A stretch of 64,000 bases of DNA from Pseudomonadota bacterium (GTDB taxonomy: Bacteria > Pseudomonadota > Gammaproteobacteria > Pseudomonadales > Oleiphilaceae), in NCBI GenBank assembly GCA_051744725.1, contig JBNJDI010000001.1, positions 11,455 to 75,454 on the forward strand, read 5' to 3'. Positions within the stretch are counted from its first letter, which is position 1. Every line of letters starts with the position of its first letter. Of this stretch, positions 1 to 10,546 are shown in pieces. Below the pieces are notes generated by a model. It did no database searches. It was not told the origin of the DNA and saw only the letters and a program-made list of their open reading frames with translations. The position numbers and the translations under genes were made by a program.

Positions 1-578
1 ATATCGCGACCAAGTACGAACTGGCGGCCCATGATCGCCATGGCCTGGTACATGGCCTTGCGGATCACCGGCTCACCGGCGCGGTTCACCAGCTTGTGCC
101 AGATGGATTTGGGATGGCCGTCCAGCCCCGGGTCCATCTTGACCACACGGCCGGTGAGCAGCATGCCCCAGGTGGAGGCGTTGACCATGACGGATTCGCT
201 GCGGCCAAGGTGCTTACGCCAGTCGGCGTCACCCATCTTGTCGCGGATCAGCTCATCCGCCGTATGCGAATCCGGAATCCGGATCAGCGCCTCGGCCAGG
301 CACATCAGCAGGATGCCCTCTTCGGTATCCAGGCTGTATTCCTGCAGAAGCGCGTCCACCATGTGAACGGAATCATCCTGCTCGCGGACCTTGCGGATCA
401 GCCCTGTTGCACGATCCGCAATGGCCTGGCGCTCGCGCCCATCGGGTTCCGCCAGCGCCAGCAGTGACTCAAGGTAGGCCGTTTCATCGGTGTAATGGTT
501 ATCAACGATACCCTGCCAGAGGAAATCGGTATCATCGTGGGGAAACGACGGGTCAAGCACCCGACTGGCATCAAACAT
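1..578 (-). CDS. putA: Bifunctional proline dehydrogenase/P5C dehydrogenase PutA, N-terminal part (runs off window)
   Basis: Not in the ORF track; translated by hand from ATG at 578 (GGAGG upstream): MFDASRVLDPSF...LLQEYSLDTEEGILLMCLAEALIRIPD...NASTWGMLLTGRV...EPVIRKAMYQAMAIMGRQFVLGRDI. These are PutA motifs. No N-terminal RHH DNA-binding domain. Confidence 0.93.
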   Translation of the reverse strand, partial: MFDASRVLDPSFPHDDTDFLWQGIVDNHYTDETAYLESLLALAEPDGRERQAIADRATGLIRKVREQDDSVHMVDALLQEYSLDTEEGILLMCLAEALIRIPDSHTADELIRDKMGDADWRKHLGRSESVMVNASTWGMLLTGRVVKMDPGLDGHPKSIWHKLVNRAGEPVIRKAMYQAMAIMGRQFVLGRD

Positions 579-653
579 AGCGTTCGGCCTCCAGTAATCC
601 TGGGCGTGATACCTCTGCCCTCATGGTCTATCCATTCATTAAAGCAGAGGTTG

Positions 654-2373
<1,720 letters not shown>

Positions 2374-2377
<4 letters not shown>

Positions 2378-3192
2378 CGGAATCCAAGCTCCCTGTTCAC
2401 ATCCTCAACCAACCGCGAGGCCTCGACGTTCATCGGCACGGCACTGTCACCGCACTCGCTGACGGGCACCAGGCCCATCACGCTGTTGCCCAGCAACAGC
2501 CCATGGCTGTGGAAGTCAGCCTCCGTCAGTTCGCGCTCCTCGACCGTCAGGCCAAGGCGTCCTGCGTTGCCCACCACCCAGTCCCGCAGCGTCCCGGCAA
2601 CAGCGAGCCGGCCCCGTGGCGGCGTCACCAGGGTGCCATCCACCACGGAAAACAGGCAGGTGCGGGTTCCCTCGACCCAGCCGGAGCGGTCGTCCATCGC
2701 CATCAGGCCCTCGAACTCGCTGTCTGAAAGTTCGGAACTGGCAAGCACCTGCTCCAGGCGCGCCAGGGTCTTGAAGCCCCGACCCGCTGCCACCGGAGAC
2801 AGCGGCTGCCGGCAGAGACGGACCCGGACGCCTTCTCGCGGTACCGCCGGGGCCGCCACCAGGGCAGAGATCACCCTGGGCACCACTGTTGCCGGCGGCC
2901 GATAGCCCTTACCCCCCGAGCCCGCCGTGACCGTGACCTTGAGCACCGCCGGCGTTTCCGGCGCGAGCAACCCACGTTCGTCAGCCTGCTGCTGCCAGGC
3001 ATCCAGTCGATCCGTGTCAAACGGGATCCCGAGCGCCCGGCAGCCGGCCAGAAGCCGTTCGCGGTGCGCATCCAGCAGGACCGGCCCTTCCGGGGTCACC
3101 CTGAGGGTCTCGAAAACCCCCTGGCCATAGGCCAGCCCCCGATCATCAGACGGCACCCCCGGGTCATTCCCCGGCCAGATCCATTCGGGCAT
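2374..3192 (-). CDS. pabC: Aminodeoxychorismate lyase (class IV aminotransferase fold)
   Basis: DRGLAYGQGVFETL, KTLARLEQV, EGTRTCLF; canonical position upstream of mltG. Confidence 0.88.
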
Positions 3193-3227
3193 CAGCTCCG
3201 CTCCCGCTGCCTGAGCCAGTAACGATC

Positions 3228-3257
3228 AAAAAAGCCGCCCCTGCTCAGGGCGGCTTT
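3228..3257 (-). terminator. Intrinsic terminator after acpP
   Basis: AAAGCCGCCC-7nt-GGGCGGCTTT with T6 tail on the minus strand. Confidence 0.85.
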
Positions 3258-3284
3258 GGTACCGATCGAACCGCGTTGGTCCGT

Positions 3285-3521
3285 TCAGCTGCTATGGGAC
3301 TCGATGTAGTCCACCGCGTCCTTGACCGTGGTCAGCTTTTCGGCTTCCTCATCCGGGATCTCGGTCTCGAACTCTTCTTCCAGAGCCATGACCAGCTCAA
3401 CCGTGTCCAGGGAGTCGGCACCCAGATCCTCTACGAAGGAGGAAGTGCTCTGTACTTCGGACTCCTTAACCCCCAGCTGTTCACAGACAATCTTCTTAAC
3501 GCGCTCTTCAACTGTACTCAT
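3285..3521 (-). CDS. acpP: Acyl carrier protein
   Basis: [12 protein letters not shown]...[20 protein letters not shown]; start trimmed to ATG 3521 (GAGGA upstream). Confidence 0.98.
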   Translation of the reverse strand: MSTVEERVKKIVCEQLGVKESEVQSTSSFVEDLGADSLDTVELVMALEEEFETEIPDEEAEKLTTVKDAVDYIESHSS

Positions 3522-3647
3522 AATGTCCTCATTTGTGCGTCCAGCAGTGCTGGCGTGCCAGTTTAGTTGAATCCCCCGGGCCGAACAACCAACCCGGAAG
3601 GGGCTGACCGGAAGCCGCACCCGCTATGATGACGGGCACGCCCTCCT

Positions 3648-4388
3648 TCAGTTCATGTACATGCCACCATTGACATGAATTGTCTCGCCATTGATGTAGG
3701 CTGCCCCCTCGGAAGCGAGGAACACAGCCAGATCGGCTACTTCCCCCGCCTCGCCGAGACGGCCTGCCGGAATGGCTGACAGCATGGCATCACGCTGGCT
3801 TTCGTCAAGCTCCCGCGTCATGTCCGTTTCAATGAACCCCGGTGCAATGGCATTGACGGTGATACCACGGCTTGCCACTTCCCGCGCCAGGGAACGGGTC
3901 ATGCCCTCGATGCCCGCCTTGCTGGCGGCATAGTTCATCTGCCCGGCATTGCCCATGCGGGCAACCACCGAACTCAGGTTGATGATGCGCCCGGTACGCG
4001 CCTTCATCATGCCCTTGAGCACAGCCTGACTGGTGCGATAGACCGCGGAGAGATTGGTGTTGATCACCTCGTCCCAGTCATCCGGCTTCATGCGCATGGC
4101 CAGCCCATCCCGCGTCACGCCGGCATTGTTGACCAGCACCGTGGGTGGGCCGAACGTCTGGCCGATCGTCTTGATGCCCTCGGTGACGCTCTCCGCATCA
4201 CCCACATTCATGACCACACCATCACCCTGCCAGCCGTTCTCGCTGATCCGGCCGGCAATGGCGGACGCGCCGGATTCCGATGTTGCTGTTCCGATCACCG
4301 TGGCACCGGCGCGGGCAAAGCGTTCCAGAATCGCGCTGCCGATGCCACGGCTCGCGCCGGTTACCAGAACCACCTGTCCTTCCAGCAT
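3648..4388 (-). CDS. fabG: 3-oxoacyl-ACP reductase
   Basis: VTGASRGIG, NNAG, YAASKAG SDR motifs; fab cluster. Confidence 0.97.
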   Translation of the reverse strand: MLEGQVVLVTGASRGIGSAILERFARAGATVIGTATSESGASAIAGRISENGWQGDGVVMNVGDAESVTEGIKTIGQTFGPPTVLVNNAGVTRDGLAMRMKPDDWDEVINTNLSAVYRTSQAVLKGMMKARTGRIINLSSVVARMGNAGQMNYAASKAGIEGMTRSLAREVASRGITVNAIAPGFIETDMTRELDESQRDAMLSAIPAGRLGEAGEVADLAVFLASEGAAYINGETIHVNGGMYMN

Positions 4389-4413
4389 CCTTTTCTCCCG
4401 TTGAGCGTCGCTG

Positions 4414-5355
4414 TCAGGCGCCTTCGCGAACCGCTTCCAGCGCCTTTGTCATCTGTTCCGGGGTCTCAGTGGGATGACACCCCATGCTGCGGTCAATGCG
4501 CCGTACCAGCCCCGAAAGCACCTTGCCCGGACCGCATTCGGCCATGACACCGACACCCTGTTCGCCCATAAAGCGTACCGATTCGGTCCACCGCACCGGC
4601 GAAATCAGCTGCCAGTAGAGATTCTCACGGATGGAGGCCGCGTCGGTCACCGCCCCCGCGGTCACATTCTGGACAACCGGGATAGCCGCGTCCTGAACGC
4701 TCACACCCGCCAGTGCCCCAGCCATGCGATCCGCCGCCGGCTGCATCAGGGCACAATGGGAAGGTACGCTCACATCCAGGGGCATGACTTTCTTCGCGCC
4801 CTCTTCCCGGGCGCGTTCAATCACCCGGTCCACCGCCGTTGCGGAGCCGGCAATGACCACCTGCCCGGGAGCATTGAAATTGACCGCCTCAACCACGCCA
4901 TCGGAGACGTGCTCCTGACAGAGACTGATGACGGCCTCGTCATCCAGCCCCAGGATCGCGGCCATGCGCCCCGCCCCTTCCGGCACGGCATGCCGCATGG
5001 CATCGCCACGGATACGCACCAGATCAACGGCGTCGGCAAAATCCAGGCACTCCGCAGCCACCAGCGCGGAGTACTCCCCGAGACTGTGACCCGCCAGATA
5101 ATCCGGTTTCGGACCGCCCAGATCCTGCCATACACGCCATAGCGCAACGCTGGCGGTAAGCAGGGCCGGCTGGGTGACATCGGTACGGTTCAGCTCTTCC
5201 GCCGGACCCTGCCGGCAGAGTTCGGCCAGATCGTAACCCAGCACGCCGGAGGCCTGCTCAAAGGTCTGCCCGACCAGCGGCCACTCGGCGGCTGCTTCGT
5301 CCAGCATTCCAACGGACTGGGAGCCCTGACCGGGAAACACCAGTGCTGTCGTCAT
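4414..5355 (-). CDS. fabD: Malonyl-CoA:ACP transacylase
   Basis: FPGQGSQ, GHSLGEYSAL, SVPSHC; start trimmed to MTTALVF. Confidence 0.97.
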   Translation of the reverse strand: MTTALVFPGQGSQSVGMLDEAAAEWPLVGQTFEQASGVLGYDLAELCRQGPAEELNRTDVTQPALLTASVALWRVWQDLGGPKPDYLAGHSLGEYSALVAAECLDFADAVDLVRIRGDAMRHAVPEGAGRMAAILGLDDEAVISLCQEHVSDGVVEAVNFNAPGQVVIAGSATAVDRVIERAREEGAKKVMPLDVSVPSHCALMQPAADRMAGALAGVSVQDAAIPVVQNVTAGAVTDAASIRENLYWQLISPVRWTESVRFMGEQGVGVMAECGPGKVLSGLVRRIDRSMGCHPTETPEQMTKALEAVREGA

Positions 5356-5374
5356 CTGTCCTTCCTGTTCTGTT

Positions 5375-6379
5375 CTAGAATTCAACCTGTTCCAGCAAGT
5401 CCCCGAGCCTGCGCGGCAGTTCATGCTCGACCTCACGGGCCGCCTGCTCAATGGCTGCCACCAGCCCGGTCACGTCGGCATTGCCGTGGCTCTTGATCAC
5501 CACACCGCGCAGCCCGATGAAACTCGCGCCATTATGCCGTGCGGGATCCAGGCGCCGCTTGATCCTGCGTAACACCGGTGCGGCCAGGACCGCGACCAGG
5601 CGTGAATACCAGCTGTCCGCAAAAGAACGCCGTATCAGGTCGCCGATCAGCTCTGCAACACCCTCTCCTGTTTTCAGCGCCACATTGCCGACAAAACCGT
5701 CACACACCACTACATCGGCAACCCCCCGGAAAAGGTCGCTGCCCTCAATATAGCCAATGTACCCGGATTGCTCCCGCACCTGCAGCATGTGGCCCGCCAG
5801 TCGGACCTGTTCATTGCCCTTGACGGCCTCCTGGCCCACGTTGAGCAGCGCCACGCGGGGCTCCTGGATGCCGTCCACGGCCTGCGCCATGAGGCGCCCC
5901 ATCAGGGCGAACTGCACCAGATGCTCGGCGCTGGCGTCCACATTGGCGCCCAGGTCCAGCACGTAACAGTGGCCGTCATGGAAAGGGATGCGCTTGATGA
6001 TGGCGGGGCGCTCAATGCCGGGCCAGGTCTCGAGGGTGTTGCGCCCCAGTGCCATAAGCGCACCGGTGTTGCCGGCGCTGACGCAGGCATCGGCACCGCC
6101 GCTGCCGACCAGTGACAGCGCCCGCGCCATCGAGGACTGCTGGCCATGGCGAAGCGCGTGGGAGGGACGTTCCTCCATGCTGACCACGTCGGGAGCATCC
6201 TCGATCTCGATGCGGTCGTGACCCGCACACAGAAAAGCCTCGAGTTCCGTGCGCCTGCCCAGCAGCACGACCCTCAAGGCTCTGTTATTCGTAACGGCGA
6301 TTTCCGCGGCGCGGACCACCGGCTCACAGCCGCGGTCGCCACTCATGGCGTCAACGGCGATGGTGGTCTCAGCCGCCAC
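5375..6379 (-). CDS. plsX: Phosphate acyltransferase PlsX
   Basis: IAVDAMSGD, SAGNTGALM, LDLGANVD, DGFVGNVALK, KSHG. Confidence 0.97.
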   Translation of the reverse strand: MAAETTIAVDAMSGDRGCEPVVRAAEIAVTNNRALRVVLLGRRTELEAFLCAGHDRIEIEDAPDVVSMEERPSHALRHGQQSSMARALSLVGSGGADACVSAGNTGALMALGRNTLETWPGIERPAIIKRIPFHDGHCYVLDLGANVDASAEHLVQFALMGRLMAQAVDGIQEPRVALLNVGQEAVKGNEQVRLAGHMLQVREQSGYIGYIEGSDLFRGVADVVVCDGFVGNVALKTGEGVAELIGDLIRRSFADSWYSRLVAVLAAPVLRRIKRRLDPARHNGASFIGLRGVVIKSHGNADVTGLVAAIEQAAREVEHELPRRLGDLLEQVEF

Positions 6380-6386
6380 CGGTCAC

Positions 6387-6566
6387 TCAGTCTTCCGGTG
6401 TTTCGATCACCTTCTTACCCCGATAGAAACCATCGGGGGAGATGTGATGCCGGCGATGCACTTCCCCGGTCGTCGGGTCCATGGAAAGCGCGGGCTTGCT
6501 GAGCCCGTCGTGGGAGCGACGCATGCCGCGCTTTGAACGGGTCTTGCGATTCTTCTGAACGGCCAT
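6387..6566 (-). CDS. rpmF: 50S ribosomal protein L32 (no CxxC)
   Basis: Not in the ORF track; [59 protein letters not shown]. Confidence 0.97.
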   Translation of the reverse strand: MAVQKNRKTRSKRGMRRSHDGLSKPALSMDPTTGEVHRRHHISPDGFYRGKKVIETPED

Positions 6567-6602
6567 AGCAGATTACTCCTGGAGTCTTGCCTTTCTCTTG
6601 AA

Positions 6603-7169
6603 TTACGAATCCGTTCCGCCCTGATCCTGACCTCCACTGCCAAGGCCGGCCAGTACACGGAACGGGTTGTCTGTATCATGCTCGCGCGCCTGAGCAACAG
6701 CGTCGTCGGCATCCCGGTTGATGCGTTCCAGCGTGGCGGATGCGCTGCAGTCTGCCTCCTCATGCACCGGATAGTCCGGCAGGCTCATGATGAGCTCATC
6801 CTCCAGAAGCTCATGGATCGGCAGATCCCGCTGCCCTGCCACCATGGGCTCAAGGCTGGCCGGCAACTGCTCTGCCATCACCTCTGTGTCCACAACGCCC
6901 ACCCGGAAGCTTGACTCCACCGGCAGACGCATGGCCTCAAGGCATCGCTGGCACAACACCACCAGCTCCGCCCGGATCCAGCCTTCGATGACGCGACGCC
7001 GCTCGTCATCAAAAAAGAACGCCAGCCTGACCGCCGCTTCGCCTTCTGTTTCCAGAACCAACGGCTCCAGCCGGTTCATACCGGCAAGGGCCAGACTGCC
7101 CTCTTTGACGGTCCCCTGTTCGAACGGCTTCAGCGCGTCGACCGACAGGGGTATCTCCGGGTTCGACAT
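6603..7169 (-). CDS. yceD: YceD/DUF177 23S rRNA accumulation protein
   Basis: LVVLCQRCLE, ELLEDELIMSLP, NPFRVLA; directly upstream of rpmF. Confidence 0.92.
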   Translation of the reverse strand: MSNPEIPLSVDALKPFEQGTVKEGSLALAGMNRLEPLVLETEGEAAVRLAFFFDDERRRVIEGWIRAELVVLCQRCLEAMRLPVESSFRVGVVDTEVMAEQLPASLEPMVAGQRDLPIHELLEDELIMSLPDYPVHEEADCSASATLERINRDADDAVAQAREHDTDNPFRVLAGLGSGGQDQGGTDS

Positions 7170-7178
7170 AAGGCCGCG

Positions 7179-7207
7179 ATTCTAGGGTCCGCACCGTTGA
7201 TTGTCAA
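7179..7207 (-). promoter_or_regulatory. Sigma70 promoter of yceD-rpmF-plsX operon
   Basis: Minus strand TTGACA-17nt-TAGAAT followed by GC-rich CGCGGCC. Confidence 0.85.
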
Positions 7208-7210
7208 AGC

Positions 7211-8245
7211 TCAGCGCAGCACAGGGCCGCTGTTGATGAGCGTTTCCGTAACACCCTGCCCGACCGAGCTGCCCAGGTCACGCATGATCCGCTGGAACGG
7301 CGAGGGCTGATAGCTGTAATCCACGATATCCTCGGCGCCGACCACGTTGCGGGCCACCTGACCGGCCGAGTTGAAGCTGTCGACCAGCCCCAGCTCGCGC
7401 GCTTTCTGTCCGGTCCAGATCAGCCCCGAGAACAGATCCGCCTCGGATTCCTTGAGCTTATCCCCACGTCCTTCGCGCACCCGCTCGATGAACTGGTCAT
7501 GGGTGCGGTCCAGCACCGTCTCCCAGAAATCCACCTGCTCCGGGTCCTCCGGCAGGAAGGGATCCAGGAATGCCTTGTTGTCACCCGCCGTGTACAGCCG
7601 GCGCTCGACGCCCAGCTTCTCCATCGCGCCAGTGAAGCCAAAGCCACCGCCGCGCACGCCAATGGACCCCACCAGGCTGGAGGGATTGGCATGGATGCGG
7701 TCGGCGGCGGCGGCAATGTAATAGGCGCCGGAAGCGCCGATATCCGAAATCACGGCGTGCACTTTCTTGTCCGGATACTCGTCACGCAACCGGTTGATGG
7801 CCTGGTAGACGTAGTCCGCCTGGACCGGGCTGCCACCCGGGCTGTTGATGCGCAGGATCACCCCCTTCGACTGCTCCGCCGAAAAGGCGTTCTCAAGCGC
7901 GGTCACCAGGTTGTCGGCACTGGCGTCCTGACCCTGGACAATCGCACCCTCCACGTCCACCAGCGCGGTATGGGGCCCGCCGGCGCCGGGAGTGAGATCA
8001 CCTGAGCCGAAGGGTGACCCGAAAGTGAACAGGAGCGCGAACAGATAGAGCAGGGTCAACGTCTTGAACAGAATCCCCCAGCGCCGGCTGCGGCGCTGCT
8101 CCGCCTGCATCGACATCATGGTCTTCTCGATCAGGCGCCATTCCTTGGAGTCCTCCCTGGCCTCCTGGGCGCGCCCTTCCGGTTGCTGGGCGGCTTTTTC
8201 CCGCGTCACACCCCATTCCGCGTTTTCCGAATCCCAATCGGACAT
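7211..8245 (-). CDS. sppA: S49 family peptidase (short SppA)
   Basis: TM segment, LRINSPGGSP, GASGAYYIAAAADRI, SLVGSIGV. Confidence 0.9.
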   Translation of the reverse strand: MSDWDSENAEWGVTREKAAQQPEGRAQEAREDSKEWRLIEKTMMSMQAEQRRSRRWGILFKTLTLLYLFALLFTFGSPFGSGDLTPGAGGPHTALVDVEGAIVQGQDASADNLVTALENAFSAEQSKGVILRINSPGGSPVQADYVYQAINRLRDEYPDKKVHAVISDIGASGAYYIAAAADRIHANPSSLVGSIGVRGGGFGFTGAMEKLGVERRLYTAGDNKAFLDPFLPEDPEQVDFWETVLDRTHDQFIERVREGRGDKLKESEADLFSGLIWTGQKARELGLVDSFNSAGQVARNVVGAEDIVDYSYQPSPFQRIMRDLGSSVGQGVTETLINSGPVLR

Positions 8246-8264
8246 GGTGTCTCCTTGCCGTTAT

Positions 8265-8921
8265 TCACTGGGTACCGCCGGAAGCCATCAGCTCCCGCAG
8301 CATTGAAATATCAGAGGCAATGGCCATGGGGCTGTGTGCCGAAAGCTGCTCCTCCGAATGCACGCCCCAGGTCACGCCAATCGCCGGCATCCCGATCCGG
8401 CGCGCCATTTCCATGTCGTAGATGGTATCACCAACCATCACCATGCGCTCCACGCAGGCGCCGGTCTCGCTCACAATCTGGCGCAGCATCAGAGGGTCGG
8501 GCTTGGAGGCTGTCTCATTGGCGCAACGGGTCAGAGGGAAAAACCGCCCCAGCCCGCTGGAGCCCAGCGCCCGGTCCAGACCCGGCCGGCTCTTGCCGGT
8601 GGCCACCGCCAGCATCGGGCCACCATGCAGGGTTTCCAGAAGCTCATCCACCCCATTGAAAAGATCCGCCGGCGTGGTATCGCGCTGAAAGAAATACCGG
8701 GCATAGACCTCGCGCAGCTGTGTCATCTCTTCACGGGTGATGCCAGGCCAGAGCTGACTCAGCGCCTCCTCCATACCCAGCCCCACAATATGGCGCAGCG
8801 CCTCGCGCTCGCGCACCGGATACCCCAGATCCCGCGCCGCCAGTTCAAGACTGTCCGCGATATGATCCACGGAATCAATCAGGGTGCCATCCCAGTCAAA
8901 GACCACTACATCAAAGCTCAT
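8265..8921 (-). CDS. HAD-IA hydrolase (phosphoglycolate phosphatase-like)
   Basis: FDWDGTLIDS, VATGKSR, KPDP, MVGDTIYD. Confidence 0.9.
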   Translation of the reverse strand: MSFDVVVFDWDGTLIDSVDHIADSLELAARDLGYPVREREALRHIVGLGMEEALSQLWPGITREEMTQLREVYARYFFQRDTTPADLFNGVDELLETLHGGPMLAVATGKSRPGLDRALGSSGLGRFFPLTRCANETASKPDPLMLRQIVSETGACVERMVMVGDTIYDMEMARRIGMPAIGVTWGVHSEEQLSAHSPMAIASDISMLRELMASGGTQ

Positions 8922-9895
8922 TGACGCTTTCCCAGTCGCTGAATCTGCGTTTCAAAATCCTCCGGTACCGGTGCCTCGAAGGTCACCCTTTCCCCCGCGG
9001 GCGTCTCGAACGCCAGCTGATGGGCGTGCAGCATCAAGCGGTCGCCACCGCCACGCTGCCAGGCCGCCTGGGAGGCCCCATCGAGATACTTGCCATCCCC
9101 CGCCACCGGGCACCCCTGGCAGGCCGCGTGCACCCGGATCTGGTGCGTGCGCCCGGTCAGGGGCGTGGCCTCCAGCAGGGTGTAGCCGGGAAAGCGCGCC
9201 AGAACCCGGAAGTCCGTGCGGGCAGTCTTGCCCTGCTCGGCGCTCACGCGCACCAGGCGCTCACCGGCCCCACCGGTGACCCGCTGCAGAGGCGCCTCCA
9301 CGCGGGTCACCCCCTTTGGCCACTCGCCCACCACAAGCACCCGGTAAACCTTGTGCGTACTCTTCTGCCGGAACTGATCCTGCAGAGCCTTGAGGGCGGA
9401 ACGGCGCCGGGCCACCAGGATCAGCCCGGAGGTATCACGGTCCAGCCGGTGCACCAGCTCCAGGTAACGGTCATCCCGCCCGGCGCGCAGCGTCTCGATC
9501 AGCCCGAAATCGACACCACTGCCACCATGCACCGCGATGCCCGCCGGCTTGTTCACCACCAGAAAATCCGGCGCCTCATGCAGAACCGCCGCCTGCATGC
9601 GCCGCTGCACCCGACGACCGGGCTGGGCGCGATCCGGCTTCTGCTCGGGCTCCCGCAGCGGCGGCACGCGGATCGAGTCACCCGCTGCGATGCGGTAGTC
9701 CGGCTTCACCCGCTTGCGGTTGGCCCGAACTGCCCCCTTACGGATCACGCGGTAGATAACGCTTTTCGGAACCCCGCGGAAACGCCCCATGAGGAAGTTG
9801 TCGAGACGCTGTCCGGCCCATTCCGGCGCCACTTCCAGCCACTGGACCCTGGGTCTGGATTCGGCGCTGTCATGGCTGCCCGGGTGCCCTGGCAT
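8918..9895 (-). CDS. rluC: 23S rRNA pseudouridine synthase C
   Basis: S4 domain GQRLDNFL, NKPAGIAVHGGSG, HRLDRDTSG, TGRTHQIRVH; divergent from rne; start approximate. Confidence 0.95.
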   Translation of the reverse strand: MPGHPGSHDSAESRPRVQWLEVAPEWAGQRLDNFLMGRFRGVPKSVIYRVIRKGAVRANRKRVKPDYRIAAGDSIRVPPLREPEQKPDRAQPGRRVQRRMQAAVLHEAPDFLVVNKPAGIAVHGGSGVDFGLIETLRAGRDDRYLELVHRLDRDTSGLILVARRRSALKALQDQFRQKSTHKVYRVLVVGEWPKGVTRVEAPLQRVTGGAGERLVRVSAEQGKTARTDFRVLARFPGYTLLEATPLTGRTHQIRVHAACQGCPVAGDGKYLDGASQAAWQRGGGDRLMLHAHQLAFETPAGERVTFEAPVPEDFETQIQRLGKRQ

Positions 9896-10546
9896 TCTGT
9901 GTTTCTCCTGGGATGCGGAGCCACTCCGCAGCTCGTTGATGAGGCAGGGGATTACTGCTATATTGACTCTGTTTTCCCACTCCGCTCGGACCGACGATCT
10001 CGGCCGGCTGGACTGGCGGAACACGGTCAGCGATTGAATCCGCAATTATAGAGCCTTCGGGCCTGGTATGAAACGAGCAGCGGACGCACCGGTTCCACCT
10101 GGCAGGAAAACAGCGAGAGCCAACAGAATCACACAGGCGCGCGGCTGAGTCCTTTCACCCGCCGGCCGGAGCCCAGGAGGCTCTCCCCGGTGGACGATCA
10201 CGGAAACTGAGAACAACGCGCGTCGTGATGGGTGTTCCGCCCGGCCGGAGTCAAGGCCGGAGGAACTGATGTCAATCCGGGCGGAAGCGCGCGGCAGGGT
10301 CATCGCAACGGTTTGAAAACACAGAAGCACCGGTTCGGGCTGTCCTGCTCATGAATATGACATAAGACCTCGTAGCCGGTACGGGACAGACTTCGGTGGC
10401 GTGCGGCCACACAACCGCACGCCTCAAGCACGGGGCCGGCCTCAGAAGGCCCCTCCGGCTTTACTGAAGCGGGCGGACGTACGCCCGCTGTCCTGTCATT
10501 GCGCCCCGCACCGCTTCCGTCGCAGAACGATGGAAGTTTGTTCCAC
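9896..10546 (+). promoter_or_regulatory. rluC/rne intergenic region with long structured rne leader
   Basis: 651 bp non-coding; extended -10-like TGCTATATT near 9956; hairpins 10235-10286 and 10468-10489. Confidence 0.6.
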
